This document shows, one piece after another, positions 1 through 10,040 of a stretch of DNA of 64,000 nucleotides. Under the pieces are notes generated by a model. That model did no database searches. It saw only the letters and a program-made list of their open reading frames with translations, and was not told the origin of the DNA. The DNA comes from an uncultured cyanobacterium (GTDB lineage: Bacteria; Cyanobacteriota; Cyanobacteriia; CAKZMO01): NCBI GenBank assembly GCA_963719515.1, contig CAVRCJ010000010.1, forward strand, positions 160,001 to 224,000, in the 5' to 3' direction. Made by a program: the position numbers and the translations under genes. Within the stretch, counting starts at the first letter, position 1; the number at the start of each line of letters is the position of its first letter.

Positions 1-347
1 AGTGACTCCCAGCTATTGCCGAGACATATCCTGAGATAGGTTTATACTCCGCCTGATGCCCCACGGCAGAGTTTTGAATTTTCATCTCCGCGAGGGAGGA
101 TACGCACTATGTGTCGCAGATACATTTGCAAACTGAGGAACGGGTGACTTGCAGCTTTCGCCTACGGGCCCGTCACACTCTTTGCGGGGTGTATCACCTT
201 GCTATCTCTATCATACCAACTGCTAGCCTCAGCGCTGAGCGCACTATCCGCTGTGCATCATTTTGCGGGCGCACTTCGGCTAGCGCGACTCTCATCCCGA
301 CGCTCACCCTGACGGGTAGAGCGCGGGGCTTCCTGTCTAGTAGCTAA
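1..347 (-). mobile_element. Probable IS200/IS605-superfamily element end with putative ncRNA; element continues left of the window
   Basis: Imperfect subterminal hairpin at 296-328 (CCCGACGCTCACCC-TGAC-GGGTAGAGCGCGGGG), preceded on the minus strand by TTAGCTACTAGACAGGAAGC. Minus-strand extended -10 TGGTATGAT at 218-210. No credible ORF. Family assignment is from recalled resemblance only. Confidence 0.5.
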
Positions 348-541
348 ATCTAGTGTAGTCCTAGTTTCCTTTCAGTGCCGTCATGCCTCACGCCGCAGTG
401 CCCAGTGCCGCCATACCCAATCTGTAGGTCTTTCGCGGCAATGACATCCTGCTCAAACCCCTAGGCTCGAAAGCCGCTGTAGCTGTCTACAAAATTGAGC
501 TAAGCCTGGCACAATAGTGAACACCGGGCGCTTCCATTCGT

Positions 542-1693
542 TTGACGATCGCCGACATTACGGAGGCAATTCATTTGAAGCTCGAATCCCAGCAGCACGT
601 GTCGATCTCGCTGTCGACTCTGTTCTCTATTGTCTCAGTTGGGCTAGCTATCGTGTTGCTTTGGCAGCTGCGGAGCTTGCTCTTACTCTTGCTGATCTCT
701 ACCGTTTTAGCCTCGGCGATCGCCCCTATTGTCAACTGGGCCGAGCAGTGGCGTATTCCCCGCTGGGTCACGGTGCTTTTGGTTTACCTCACGCTCATTG
801 GCGGGCTAACGGGGTTTGGCATTCTCATTGGTCCCTCCCTATTTGAGCAAATTCAGCGCCTCATTCGCCAGGTGCCCCTTTCCCTCGACAATGTCTTAGT
901 CACCCTAGAGGATTTGGCTACCCGTCAAGGCGACAATCGCCCTGACTTGGTGAGCGACTTGTTTAGACAAATCATTGATGTGCAAGGGCTAACCACCTGG
1001 GCCATCCGCTCGACCCAGCAGCTGCTGAGACGGTCGGTCAGCATTACGACGGGGCTAGTTGGCGGTGTTTTTAGCGTAGTGCTCGCCATTTTTATCTCCG
1101 GCTATATGGTTTCCGACAGCCGCAAGCTGATCCGCGGCCTCGTCAGCCTCTTGCCCCAGCCCTGGGATGAGCGCCTCGCTGCCCAAATGGCCCCCATTGG
1201 CGATCGCATCGGCAGCTACGTGCGGGGGCGCATTTTAGTGTCCGCGATTTTGGGCGTGCTGATTACGACCACGCTGCGGTTTCTGGGGCTGTCTGAGTTT
1301 GCCCTAGGTCTTGGGGCGATCGCCGGGGTTACCAATCTCATTCCGTTTATTGGACCGTTTCTTGGGGCGATTCCGGCGTTGACCATTGCGATTTCCCAGG
1401 GCTGGTGGACTATCCTTTGGGTTGCGGTCCTGTTTGTCGTCGTGCAAAACCTCGAAACCTACGTCCTTGATCCGCTACTGGTGGGCTCGTCGGTGGGGGT
1501 GCATCCGCTCTATCAGCTGCTTGCGGTGCTGGGGGGGACCCAGGTGCTGGGAATTATCGGGGCCATTATCGTGCCCCCTTGGATTGCGGGGGCGGCGGTG
1601 CTGGTAGAAAACCTGTACCTGCAGCCTAAGCTGCGAATGGAGAAGCGGGCGGCAAGGCGGGTCACGGCCAAAGCGCCCGTAGTCAGCGGGTAG
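542..1693 (+). CDS. AI-2E (PerM/TqsA) family transporter
   Basis: Multi-TM protein with family motifs NLIPFIGP, QNLETYVLDP and GVHP; start codon uncertain. Confidence 0.85.
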   Translation: MTIADITEAIHLKLESQQHVSISLSTLFSIVSVGLAIVLLWQLRSLLLLLLISTVLASAIAPIVNWAEQWRIPRWVTVLLVYLTLIGGLTGFGILIGPSLFEQIQRLIRQVPLSLDNVLVTLEDLATRQGDNRPDLVSDLFRQIIDVQGLTTWAIRSTQQLLRRSVSITTGLVGGVFSVVLAIFISGYMVSDSRKLIRGLVSLLPQPWDERLAAQMAPIGDRIGSYVRGRILVSAILGVLITTTLRFLGLSEFALGLGAIAGVTNLIPFIGPFLGAIPALTIAISQGWWTILWVAVLFVVVQNLETYVLDPLLVGSSVGVHPLYQLLAVLGGTQVLGIIGAIIVPPWIAGAAVLVENLYLQPKLRMEKRAARRVTAKAPVVSG

Positions 1694-1746
1694 GGACAGA
1701 GGGCCAATTTGCCCCTACAATATGCCTGTGTTGACGTAGATAACCC

Positions 1747-2955
1747 ATGCGCATCAGGCGTTCTTTTTGGCTGCTGGCTAGCCTCATCCTCTGCTTGAGC
1801 CTGTCGTGCGGCCAGCGCGGGCAAGACATCCCAGCGGCCGATTCTATGCCGCCAAAGACGGCTCCAGCCGCCGAGCCTAGAGGTGACTCCCGAGGGGCCA
1901 CAGCGCCACAGCTGCCGCCAGAAACCGCAGCGATCGCCTCTAGCGTGGCGGGAGGCCTGGTCAATCCTCCCAAGGGAGACTTGCGCCTAGCGGTAATCAG
2001 CGACCTCAACGGCGCGTATGGCTCGACGGATTATGACCCTGAAGTGGATAAAGCGATCGCTCTGATGCCGCTCTGGGATCCAGATATAGTGCTGTGCAGC
2101 GGCGACATGGTGGCTGGACAAAGCCCTACCCTCACGGTAGAAGAGATTCGCGCGATGTGGGCCGCCTTTGATGCCCATGTCGCCGCCCCTCTGCGGCAGG
2201 CGCAGCTGCCCTACGGATTTACCGTTGGCAATCACGATGCTTCTAGCGCTCGGGGGCAGGGGGGAAGCTTTTTGTTTGCGCAAGAGCGGGATTTGGCGGC
2301 GGAATACTGGAACGACCCGGCCCACGATCCGGGACTCCAGTTTAGCGATCGCCACCAGTTTCCCTTTTTCTATAGCTTTACGTTTGAAGATGTCTTTTTT
2401 CTAGCCTGGGACGGTTCGTCCAGCTCCCTCTCCGATGAAGAGCTGGCCTGGGTGGAGCAGGCCCTCGCCAGCCCCGAGGCTCAGAACGCCAAGCTGCGCA
2501 TCCTGCTGGGGCACCTGCCGCTCTATGCCGTGGCCATTGGGCGAGACAGTCCCGGTGAGGTAATGGAGAACGCCGACGTCCTGCGGGCTCTGTTGGAGCA
2601 GTACAACGTCCATACCTATATCAGCGGTCACCAGCACGCCTATTACCCCGCCCGTCGGGGTGACCTGCAGCTGCTGCACACGGGCCTGTTGGGGTCTGGT
2701 CCTCGTCCGCTCATTGCCGGTAACCTGCCTCCCGGCAAGACATTGACAATTATCGACATCACCTTCGACGTGCCGCAAGCCCTCTACACAACCTACGACA
2801 TGGAGACCCTGGGGCTTATTGAGCTGCAGCAGCTACCCCGCTACCTAGTGGGCCACAACGGGATGGTGCTACGGCGGGACGTGGCGTGGAAAGACCTAGA
2901 GGACTGGGAGCAAGCAGACTGTCTGCAGCAGCACGGCGAGGCCTGTGGCCCCTAA
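1747..2955 (+). CDS. Secreted/lipoprotein calcineurin-like metallophosphoesterase
   Basis: Lipobox-like LSLSC; motifs DLN, GDMV, GNHD, H and GHQH. Confidence 0.85.
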   Translation: MRIRRSFWLLASLILCLSLSCGQRGQDIPAADSMPPKTAPAAEPRGDSRGATAPQLPPETAAIASSVAGGLVNPPKGDLRLAVISDLNGAYGSTDYDPEVDKAIALMPLWDPDIVLCSGDMVAGQSPTLTVEEIRAMWAAFDAHVAAPLRQAQLPYGFTVGNHDASSARGQGGSFLFAQERDLAAEYWNDPAHDPGLQFSDRHQFPFFYSFTFEDVFFLAWDGSSSSLSDEELAWVEQALASPEAQNAKLRILLGHLPLYAVAIGRDSPGEVMENADVLRALLEQYNVHTYISGHQHAYYPARRGDLQLLHTGLLGSGPRPLIAGNLPPGKTLTIIDITFDVPQALYTTYDMETLGLIELQQLPRYLVGHNGMVLRRDVAWKDLEDWEQADCLQQHGEACGP

Positions 2956-2964
2956 CTTTGGCTA

Positions 2965-3930
2965 TCAGGCCAATCGCTTTAGCAGGTAGTGACGCAGCTT
3001 CTTTTTGCGTTTGCAGCGATACATCGCCTGGTCAGCGCATTCCCAAGCGTCCCACAATCCATTACTAGGACTTCGAAAAGCCATCCCAAAGGAGGCCTCG
3101 ATTCCCTTGAGCGCAAAGCTCCTGCGGATTCGCTTCAGCAAGGACTCGCCAACGGCCAGCGTACAGACCGTGCTCAAAATAGCGAACTCATCGCCCCCCA
3201 CTCGAGCCACGATATCGTGCTGACGCACAGCGTTCCGAATGAGCTGGCCCGCTTGACGGATTACCCGGTCTCCTTCCACATGGCCCTGACAGTCGTTGAT
3301 TTCCTTTAGCCCGTCCAAATCAACGGCGATGATGCAGGCGGAGTACCCCTGTCGCCGACATCGGGCCTCCTCTTCAACCAGCCTCCGGTTCCAGCCCCGA
3401 CGATTGTAAAGGTCGGTCAGGACGTCTTTCATCGCTACAGCTTCTGCTTGCTCAGCCTGTTTTGCCTGCTGTGCCAGCTTTAGGTCGGCGTCGAGCAGGC
3501 GGCTAAGTAGCTCAGCTATCGCTTCAACTAGGGGGAGCTTGGATGCGATCGCGTCGGGCTGAGGTTCGGGATGGATGGCGCAAAGCGTTCCGAATAAGGA
3601 GCCATCGCTGTAGAGCAACGGAACGCCTATGTAGGATTCGATGCTTATCTGCTCCCCGATGGGAGCGCTGTTATACGCTGGAATATCTCTAGAGCGAGGG
3701 GCAATCCGGGGGCCTTTGCCGGCTATCATCCACCAGCAGAAGGAGTCCAACCACCGAAAATTTTCGCCTTCTGCGATGCCATACCCTTGATCTTGAGCCT
3801 GTAAAACAATCCAATCGGTCTGTTTGACCTGGGTCACCATCCACAGGTCGAACCCAATCCATTTTTGAAGAAACGCTAACGCCTCACGGGCGGCGGCATC
3901 GAAGTGAGCAGAGATGGTGGCATCAACCAT
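2965..3930 (-). CDS. GAF-sensor diguanylate cyclase
   Basis: GAF motifs (YIGVPL, GTLCA); intact GGDEF with RxxD I-site (RQHD). Confidence 0.9.
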   Translation of the reverse strand: MVDATISAHFDAAAREALAFLQKWIGFDLWMVTQVKQTDWIVLQAQDQGYGIAEGENFRWLDSFCWWMIAGKGPRIAPRSRDIPAYNSAPIGEQISIESYIGVPLLYSDGSLFGTLCAIHPEPQPDAIASKLPLVEAIAELLSRLLDADLKLAQQAKQAEQAEAVAMKDVLTDLYNRRGWNRRLVEEEARCRRQGYSACIIAVDLDGLKEINDCQGHVEGDRVIRQAGQLIRNAVRQHDIVARVGGDEFAILSTVCTLAVGESLLKRIRRSFALKGIEASFGMAFRSPSNGLWDAWECADQAMYRCKRKKKLRHYLLKRLA

Positions 3931-4090
3931 TGGTTAACCGTTCCGCAGTCTGTGAGGCAGGTTGCTTAGGACAATAATAAACGGCTAAATAAAATTTGTC
4001 TTACCAGACGATTAGATTTTTGGAACTCTAGCGCGGCAGTCCCTAATCTCAGCGCAGCGGATTAGGGAAGGATAGGGGATGGCGGAGCCG

Positions 4091-4501
4091 TCAATCAGTC
4101 GGTGCATCTTGGCGGTGGATGTATTGTTTAAGCATTTCGATTGGGGCTCCGCCAGCGCTAGCGACATAGTAAGCGTTGGACCAAAACGCTTTATGTCCCC
4201 CGTAGTGTTCTTTGTACTGCTGGGGAAATTCTTTTTTCATGGTGCGGCTGGTTGCGGCTTTAAGGCTGCCAACGAGCGCAGAGATTGAGTTGCGTGGATG
4301 GAAGTCAACAAGTAGGTGGATGTGGTCCGCTTCCCCTGAGAACTCCAGCACCCTACACCCCATCTTCACGCAGACCTGAGAAATCATTTCCTCAATCCTA
4401 GTAAGCATTTCAGAGTCGATGGCTTTGCGCCTGTAGTGCGTTACGAATACTAGGTGCAGGTGCACACTAAAAACGCTGTGACTTCCTTTTCTTGTTGGCA
4501 T
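4091..4501 (-). CDS. tnpA: Y1 HUH transposase TnpA
   Basis: HUH motif (DHIHLL), FWSNAYY and catalytic Tyr in YIHRQ; ATG at 4501. Confidence 0.92.
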   Translation of the reverse strand: MPTRKGSHSVFSVHLHLVFVTHYRRKAIDSEMLTRIEEMISQVCVKMGCRVLEFSGEADHIHLLVDFHPRNSISALVGSLKAATSRTMKKEFPQQYKEHYGGHKAFWSNAYYVASAGGAPIEMLKQYIHRQDAPTD

Positions 4502-4530
4502 TTGAGCTAGGTGTAGGCTATTATGGGCAC

Positions 4531-5788
4531 ATGGTAACAACTCGCCGCGTCACTTTCAAGCTGTATCCGTCCGCCACTAAGGCGGCGAAGCTGCATGATG
4601 CGCGAAAGTTACACCAGTATCTGTACAATGCCGCACTAGCAGATCGCCGCGATATGTATAAGCGGTGGGGCGTCTCGGTGGACTACTTTGCTCAGCAAAA
4701 CTGTTTGCCAGCATTTAAGAGAGAGTGGCCTGAGTACAAAGGGCTAGCCAGTCACGCCTTGCAAGCGACTCTAAAGCGGGTTGACCTAGCATTTCAGGGC
4801 TTTTTCAATGGCCTGCGGGGTTACCCCAAATTCAAGGCATTCCGCTACTACAGAGGTTGGACATATCCTTGCAAGTCAGGATGGAAAGCCCATACCGATG
4901 GTACAAATGGCTACTTGGAGCTGAGAGATTTGGGGTTGCGCATTCAGATGCGCGCTCAGGCCAGAACTTGGGGAAAGCCAACCATCTGCACTATCGTCTA
5001 CAGCGCCGTTGAGGATTGCTGGTATACCAGCATCACGGTCAAATGCAGCCCGGTGCGGGAGACAGGGACAGGCGCTATCGGTGTGGACCTGGGCTGCAAA
5101 GATGCCATATCGTTCTCGGACCGCACCAAAGAGCGCAAGCCTCAATTTATCGCCGAGGGCGACCGGGCCGTTAAGCGACTGAGCAAGTCCCTGCAAAGGA
5201 AGCGCCGCCCTGACCGGCGTGGTGGGGTGCGTGGCTCTCGCAGATGGAAAGCAGCGCAACAAAAGATTTCTAGTCGCAAGCGAACAGTGAAGCGCCAGCG
5301 CGAGGATTGGCTTCACCAGGTAACCAGCAGCATAGTACGCGATAACAGCCTAGTTGCTGGCGAACAACTCAACGTCAAGGGCATGACTCGCAAGGCCCAG
5401 AAGGGTAAGCGGAAAAAGCAAAAGGCCGGTCTCAACCGCTCTATCTTGTCGGTAGGGTTTGCCGAGATTGGCAAGCTGCTATCCTACAAAGAGGCTGAGG
5501 CCGGTGGCTTCTATGTCGAGTCACCTACCCGGCAGCTTAAGCCTACTCAGCGGTGTGCTGTGTGCTGACAGACGACGCCCAAGACGATGGCTGAGCGCAC
5601 TCACGTATGCCAGCACTGCGGTCATGTTGAGGACCGCGATACCAATGCAGCCCAGGTCAACTCTGATCTGGGCCAAGGGGCACGAACTGTCCTTAAGCCG
5701 TCGATCCACTAGCTCCACTGATTGCCGAAGCATGAAGCGCCTAGCGGAAATGAAACGTGCGAAACGTCTAGCTCAGCCTTGCGGCTAG
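4531..5788 (+). pseudogene. tnpB: TnpB RNA-guided nuclease, disrupted
   Basis: RuvC-I (GVDLG) and RuvC-II (GEQL) present. TGA at 5566-5568 replaces Trp after the first CxxC. The second CxxC and DRD continue in frame, then a +1 shift near 5661. Close paralog of 19249-20502. Confidence 0.85.
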
Positions 5789-5975
5789 ACGTAGTTCATG
5801 AACCATTTCTTGCCGAAAGCGGCGCACAAGAGACAGGACTGCGCCGGATGTCGCCCTCTGTCCAACCCTATACCCATTGTGTAAATCTGTTGACCGTCTG
5901 AAGTATTGCGGCTTTCGGTCATAAAGATCCACATAATGGTCAAAGCTACTGTCATAGAGGATTCTCACGTCTCAA

Positions 5976-6128
5976 ATGACTGCGATTGATGATAGAGAAC
6001 TCGATCGATACGATAGTGAATGGGTTGAGACGGACATCATGGTTCAAAAACTGCGGCGAGTCGGCGTTGACCTATTTCAGGGTCATGTCTTTGGTCGCCC
6101 GGCTCCGCTCGATGAGCTAGTGCTTTGA
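5976..6128 (+). pseudogene. C-terminal EAL (c-di-GMP phosphodiesterase) domain fragment, 50-aa ORF
   Basis: Manual translation MTAIDDRELDRYDSEWVETDIMVQKLRRVGVDLFQGHVFGRPAPLDELVL matches the EAL tail pattern ExVET..L...GVD..QG...GRP. Confidence 0.7.
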
Positions 6129-6262
6129 CGCTCTGTATGCTGGGCTGTGGCTTTAAATTACGTTCGATAGACAAGCGCCGTGCTATCGATTGTTCAGACA
6201 GTAGGCAGAGCCATACGCCGGTATACTAAACACCTCGTTCTCAATCTCTATCGCCGTCTGCC

Positions 6263-7774
6263 ATGCCGTCTGACTATTTAGAGCGCATTTTGACCGCCCG
6301 CGTCTACGACGTTGCCCAAGAAACCCCCTTAGAGTTAGCGCCTAATCTGTCCGCTCGGCTTGACAACCGGCTGTTGCTCAAGCGTGAGGATATGCAGTCT
6401 GTCTTTTCGTTCAAGCTGCGGGGCGCTTACAACAAGCTGGCGCAGCTGTCCGCCGAGCAGCTCTCGCGGGGAGTGATCGCTTCCTCCGCGGGAAACCATG
6501 CTCAGGGGGTGGCGTTGGGGGCGCAGTGGTTGGGGGTCAAGGCGCTGATCGTCATGCCCGTGACTACCCCCCAAGTCAAGGTTCAGGCTGTGAAGGCGCG
6601 GGGGGCGGAAGTGGTGCTACAGGGCGAGACCTATGACGATGCCTATGCCTACGCACGCCAGCTTGAGGCCGACAAAGGATTAGTCTTCATTCATCCGTTT
6701 GACGACCCCGACGTGATCGCGGGTCAGGGCACCATCGGCATGGAGATTTTGCGCCAGCATCAGCAGCCGATTCATGCCGTCTTCGTGGCCATTGGCGGCG
6801 GCGGGCTGATTTCGGGCATTGCGGCCTATATGAAGCGGCTGCGCCCAGAGATCAAGATTATCGGGGTAGAGCCGGTGGATGCTGACGCCATGGCGCGATC
6901 GCTCGAAGCCGGCCACCGGGTTCGTTTGGAGCAGGTCGGCCTGTTTGCCGATGGGGTAGCGGTGCGGGAGGTGGGGGTGGAGACCTTTCGCCTATGCCAG
7001 CTGTATGTGGATGAGGTGATTCGGGTAGAGACGGACGATGCCTGCGCCGCCATCAAAGACGTGTTCGAAGACACGCGCTCGATTTTAGAACCCGCTGGGG
7101 CGCTGGCGATCGCCGGGGCGAAAGCCTACGTAGAGCGGGAGCAAATTCAAGGCCAAACCCTCGTGGCGGTAGCCTGTGGCGCTAACATGAACTTCGACCG
7201 GCTGCGGTTTGTAGCGGAGCGAGCGGAGCTAGGAGAGCGTAGGGAGGCGATTTTCGCCGTCACTATTCCTGAAAAACCCGGCAGCCTGCGCACGTTTTGC
7301 CACTGCATCGGCACCCGCAACGTCACTGAGTTCAACTATCGCATCGCTGACCATCAGGTGGCCCATATTTTTGTCGGGCTGCAGATCGCCAATCGCGCCG
7401 ACGCCGCCCAAATGGCCGCTACCTTCGAGGCCAACGGCTTTGAGACCTACGACCTCACCGATGATGAGCTCGCAAAAATGCACCTGCGCCATATGGTCGG
7501 GGGGCGATCGCCTTTGGCCCAAAACGAGCTGCTTTATCGGTTTGAGTTTCCAGAGCGCCCCGGCGCGCTGACTCGGTTTGTAGACACCATGGGGCCCAAC
7601 TGGAATATCAGCCTGTTCCACTACCGCAACAACGGGTCCGACTACGCTCGCATTGCAGCGGGTATTCAGGTCCCCCCGGAGGATACCTTGGAGTGGCAAA
7701 CCTTTCTAGAGGGCCTAGGCTATCGCTATTGGGATGAAAACGAAAATCCAGCCTATCGTCTGTTTTTGGGGTGA
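6263..7774 (+). CDS. ilvA: Threonine ammonia-lyase, biosynthetic
   Basis: SFKLRGA PLP lysine, SAGNHAQG and two C-terminal regulatory domains. Confidence 0.97.
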   Translation: MPSDYLERILTARVYDVAQETPLELAPNLSARLDNRLLLKREDMQSVFSFKLRGAYNKLAQLSAEQLSRGVIASSAGNHAQGVALGAQWLGVKALIVMPVTTPQVKVQAVKARGAEVVLQGETYDDAYAYARQLEADKGLVFIHPFDDPDVIAGQGTIGMEILRQHQQPIHAVFVAIGGGGLISGIAAYMKRLRPEIKIIGVEPVDADAMARSLEAGHRVRLEQVGLFADGVAVREVGVETFRLCQLYVDEVIRVETDDACAAIKDVFEDTRSILEPAGALAIAGAKAYVEREQIQGQTLVAVACGANMNFDRLRFVAERAELGERREAIFAVTIPEKPGSLRTFCHCIGTRNVTEFNYRIADHQVAHIFVGLQIANRADAAQMAATFEANGFETYDLTDDELAKMHLRHMVGGRSPLAQNELLYRFEFPERPGALTRFVDTMGPNWNISLFHYRNNGSDYARIAAGIQVPPEDTLEWQTFLEGLGYRYWDENENPAYRLFLG

Positions 7775-7981
7775 TGGGGCTCTCGCTCAGGCAGCGCAGT
7801 GTCCTGTCTCTAACAATTTCTACAACGACTTTTACGCAAGGGGGTTGCGCTTTCCATAGCAGGCTGTAACGCCCGACGTAAACTTTTTTTGCCCAATCCC
7901 CCCAGCTCAATTCGGGGTTGATACAGTCAAAAAAGATTTGGATTTGAAATCTATCTCATAAAGGCAGCAAATCGGCTAAGT

Positions 7982-8299
7982 ATGAAACACTATTGCGACG
8001 ACTGGATTCAAGAGTGGTGCCAAGATAATGGCTGGACTGAGCCGGTCATGAATCCTATCAACGCCTACTGGGCTTTTCCGCCAAACGCAGTGATGCCCGA
8101 GCCAATCCCCTTTTCGACCCTAAGAACCATCAAGGCTCGGAAAGGCCTAACGCCCCAAGAAACCCGATGGACGAGTGCGGCGATCGCCGTCAGCGTTTTG
8201 GCGATGGGGATGAGCTATTGGCTAAACTGCCCGCTGCCGCTGCTGGCGGGGTTTGCCTTTGCGGCGTTTGTGGTAGCTAGCCTAGAAGTGGAAGAGTAG
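7982..8299 (+). CDS. Conserved cyanobacterial hypothetical membrane protein
   Basis: YCDDWIQEWCQDNGWT..WAFPP N-terminus and two C-terminal TM segments. Confidence 0.75.
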   Translation: MKHYCDDWIQEWCQDNGWTEPVMNPINAYWAFPPNAVMPEPIPFSTLRTIKARKGLTPQETRWTSAAIAVSVLAMGMSYWLNCPLPLLAGFAFAAFVVASLEVEE

Positions 8300-8370
8300 C
8301 GGGCTGACACCCCTGTCGGCAGCGCCAGCTGCTCACCTATGGCCATTGCCCAATCACGCAGACGTTTTAA

Positions 8371-9723
8371 TTACGCAGGCGTTCGCTCTCGCTCTTTTAC
8401 CGTTTGATTAGCCGTCGGCAACCGCAGGTTGAACGCCTCTGGCCCCGTAATTAGCCTTGCTCCGCCCTTGCGGGTGAAGTAGTTCCAGGCCCATTGAGTC
8501 ATTACTACCAGCTTGTTATCAAACTCGATTAGGTAGTAGATGTGGGCAAAGATCCACACTAGCCACGCAAAGAAGCCCGAGAATTTTACAAAGCCCAGGT
8601 CTACCACGGCGGCGTTTTTGCCGATAACGGCCAGGCTACCCCGGTCGATGTAGCGAAATTCAGGAACGGACTTCTCCGCCAGGCGAGTCTTGATCAGCTT
8701 CGCCATATACTGACCCTCCTGCATGGCCACTGGGGCTACCCCCGGCAGCGGGCGATCGCCCTGGTGCGACACATGGGCCAAATCGCCGATCACGAAGATG
8801 CTGTCATCGTTTTCCAGGTGCAGGCGGGGCCCTACCATCACTCGGCCCGCCCGGTCTAGCTCCGCTCCGGTGCGAGATTCTAGCACTTTGCCCATCTTCG
8901 AGGCCCGCACCCCGGCAGCCCAGAGCACTGTGCGTGCGCCAATGGTTTCGGTGGTGCCGTCTTTTTTCTTGAGGGTCACCCCTTCTGGCTGGACGTCGGT
9001 CACCAGAGAGTTGGTGACTACGGTAACGCCCAGACCCTCTAGCGACTCGGCCGCCCGCGCAGATAAAGAAGGATCGTAGGGGGGCAGCACCCGGTCCATA
9101 CCTTCGACCAAAATGATGCGAGACTTGCGGGTGTCGATGCGGCGGAAATCCTGCGGCAAAATGTTGTAGGCCAGCTCGGCGATCGCCCCCGCTAGCTCTA
9201 CTCCGGTGGGTCCCCCGCCCGCAATCACAAACGTCAGCCACTCCGCCTGCTTTTCTGGGTCAGCTTCCTTCTCTGCCGCCTCAAAGGCCATGAAGATGCG
9301 GCGACGAATTTCTAGGGCGTCTTCCACGGTCTTGAGGCCAGGGGCGTCCTCTTGCCAGTGGTCGTTGCCGAAGTAGTGGTGGCTGACCCCAGTTGCCATG
9401 ATCAGGGTGTCGTAGGGTACGGTCTCGTGCTTGCAGAGCACCTGCTTTTCATCGGGATCAATATCCACCACTTCATCCAGCAGCACCTTTGTGTTGCGGT
9501 TGCGGCTGAGGATGCCCCGCAGCGGGGAAGAAATGTCGGCGGGGGAGACGGTGCCGGTGGCCACTTGGTAGAGCAGTGGCTGAAAGAGGTGGAAGTTGCG
9601 GCGATCGATGAGAGTGACATCGACAGGGGCTTTGCCGAGGGCTTTAGCGGTATATAGCCCGCCGAAGCCACCTCCCACTATGACAACGCGATGGGCCTGC
9701 TGAACCGGATTTTCCATTTGCAT
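8371..9723 (-). CDS. ndb: Type II NADH dehydrogenase (NDH-2)
   Basis: GGGFGG and GGGPTGVE Rossmann motifs, FQPLLYQVATG, AMQEG; start at 9723 or 9717. Confidence 0.92.
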   Translation of the reverse strand: MQMENPVQQAHRVVIVGGGFGGLYTAKALGKAPVDVTLIDRRNFHLFQPLLYQVATGTVSPADISSPLRGILSRNRNTKVLLDEVVDIDPDEKQVLCKHETVPYDTLIMATGVSHHYFGNDHWQEDAPGLKTVEDALEIRRRIFMAFEAAEKEADPEKQAEWLTFVIAGGGPTGVELAGAIAELAYNILPQDFRRIDTRKSRIILVEGMDRVLPPYDPSLSARAAESLEGLGVTVVTNSLVTDVQPEGVTLKKKDGTTETIGARTVLWAAGVRASKMGKVLESRTGAELDRAGRVMVGPRLHLENDDSIFVIGDLAHVSHQGDRPLPGVAPVAMQEGQYMAKLIKTRLAEKSVPEFRYIDRGSLAVIGKNAAVVDLGFVKFSGFFAWLVWIFAHIYYLIEFDNKLVVMTQWAWNYFTRKGGARLITGPEAFNLRLPTANQTVKERERTPA

Positions 9724-9932
9724 ACCGCCGTCCCTTAAATGCAAGGTGCTTACTGTTCTTGACTTTAGAGAAATCTGCAGATCGTCGATGAAGTCGATGC
9801 TACCGTCTATTGGCTCAATATTACAAAAAATTAACTCTATTGTCTTTAGATTGAGCTGGGATTTACAAAAACTTGGTACACTGCATGGGCCGTTTTGATT
9901 CGAGACCTATTCCCCTCGTGACTTTGCTCTCC

Positions 9933-9996
9933 GGTGGCTCTGTTCTCTGGTGGCCCTGTTCTCTGGTGGCCCTGTTTTTCAGCGGCCCTGTTTTTC
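9933..9996 (+). repeat. 16-bp tandem repeat, 4 copies plus decayed copies
   Basis: GGTGGCTCTGTTCTCT / GGTGGCCCTGTTCTCT / GGTGGCCCTGTTTTTC / AGCGGCCCTGTTTTTC. Confidence 0.85.
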
Positions 9997-10040
9997 AGCG
10001 GCTTTCTCAGGCGGCTCTGTTCTTCGGCGATCGCCCTTCC

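Larger units (their letters stand above)
4027..5799 (+). mobile_element. IS200/IS605 family element (divergent tnpA and tnpB)
   Basis: Left hairpin TCCCTAATC..GATTAGGGA (4040-4068); right hairpin ACGTCTAGC..GCTAGACGT (5764-5792) followed by AGTTCAT; ends shared with the element at 19149-20513; exact left boundary uncertain. Confidence 0.9.

Noticed and set aside
716..723. Frequent GCGATCGC octamer as a novel repeat
   Set aside because: This is HIP1, well known in cyanobacteria
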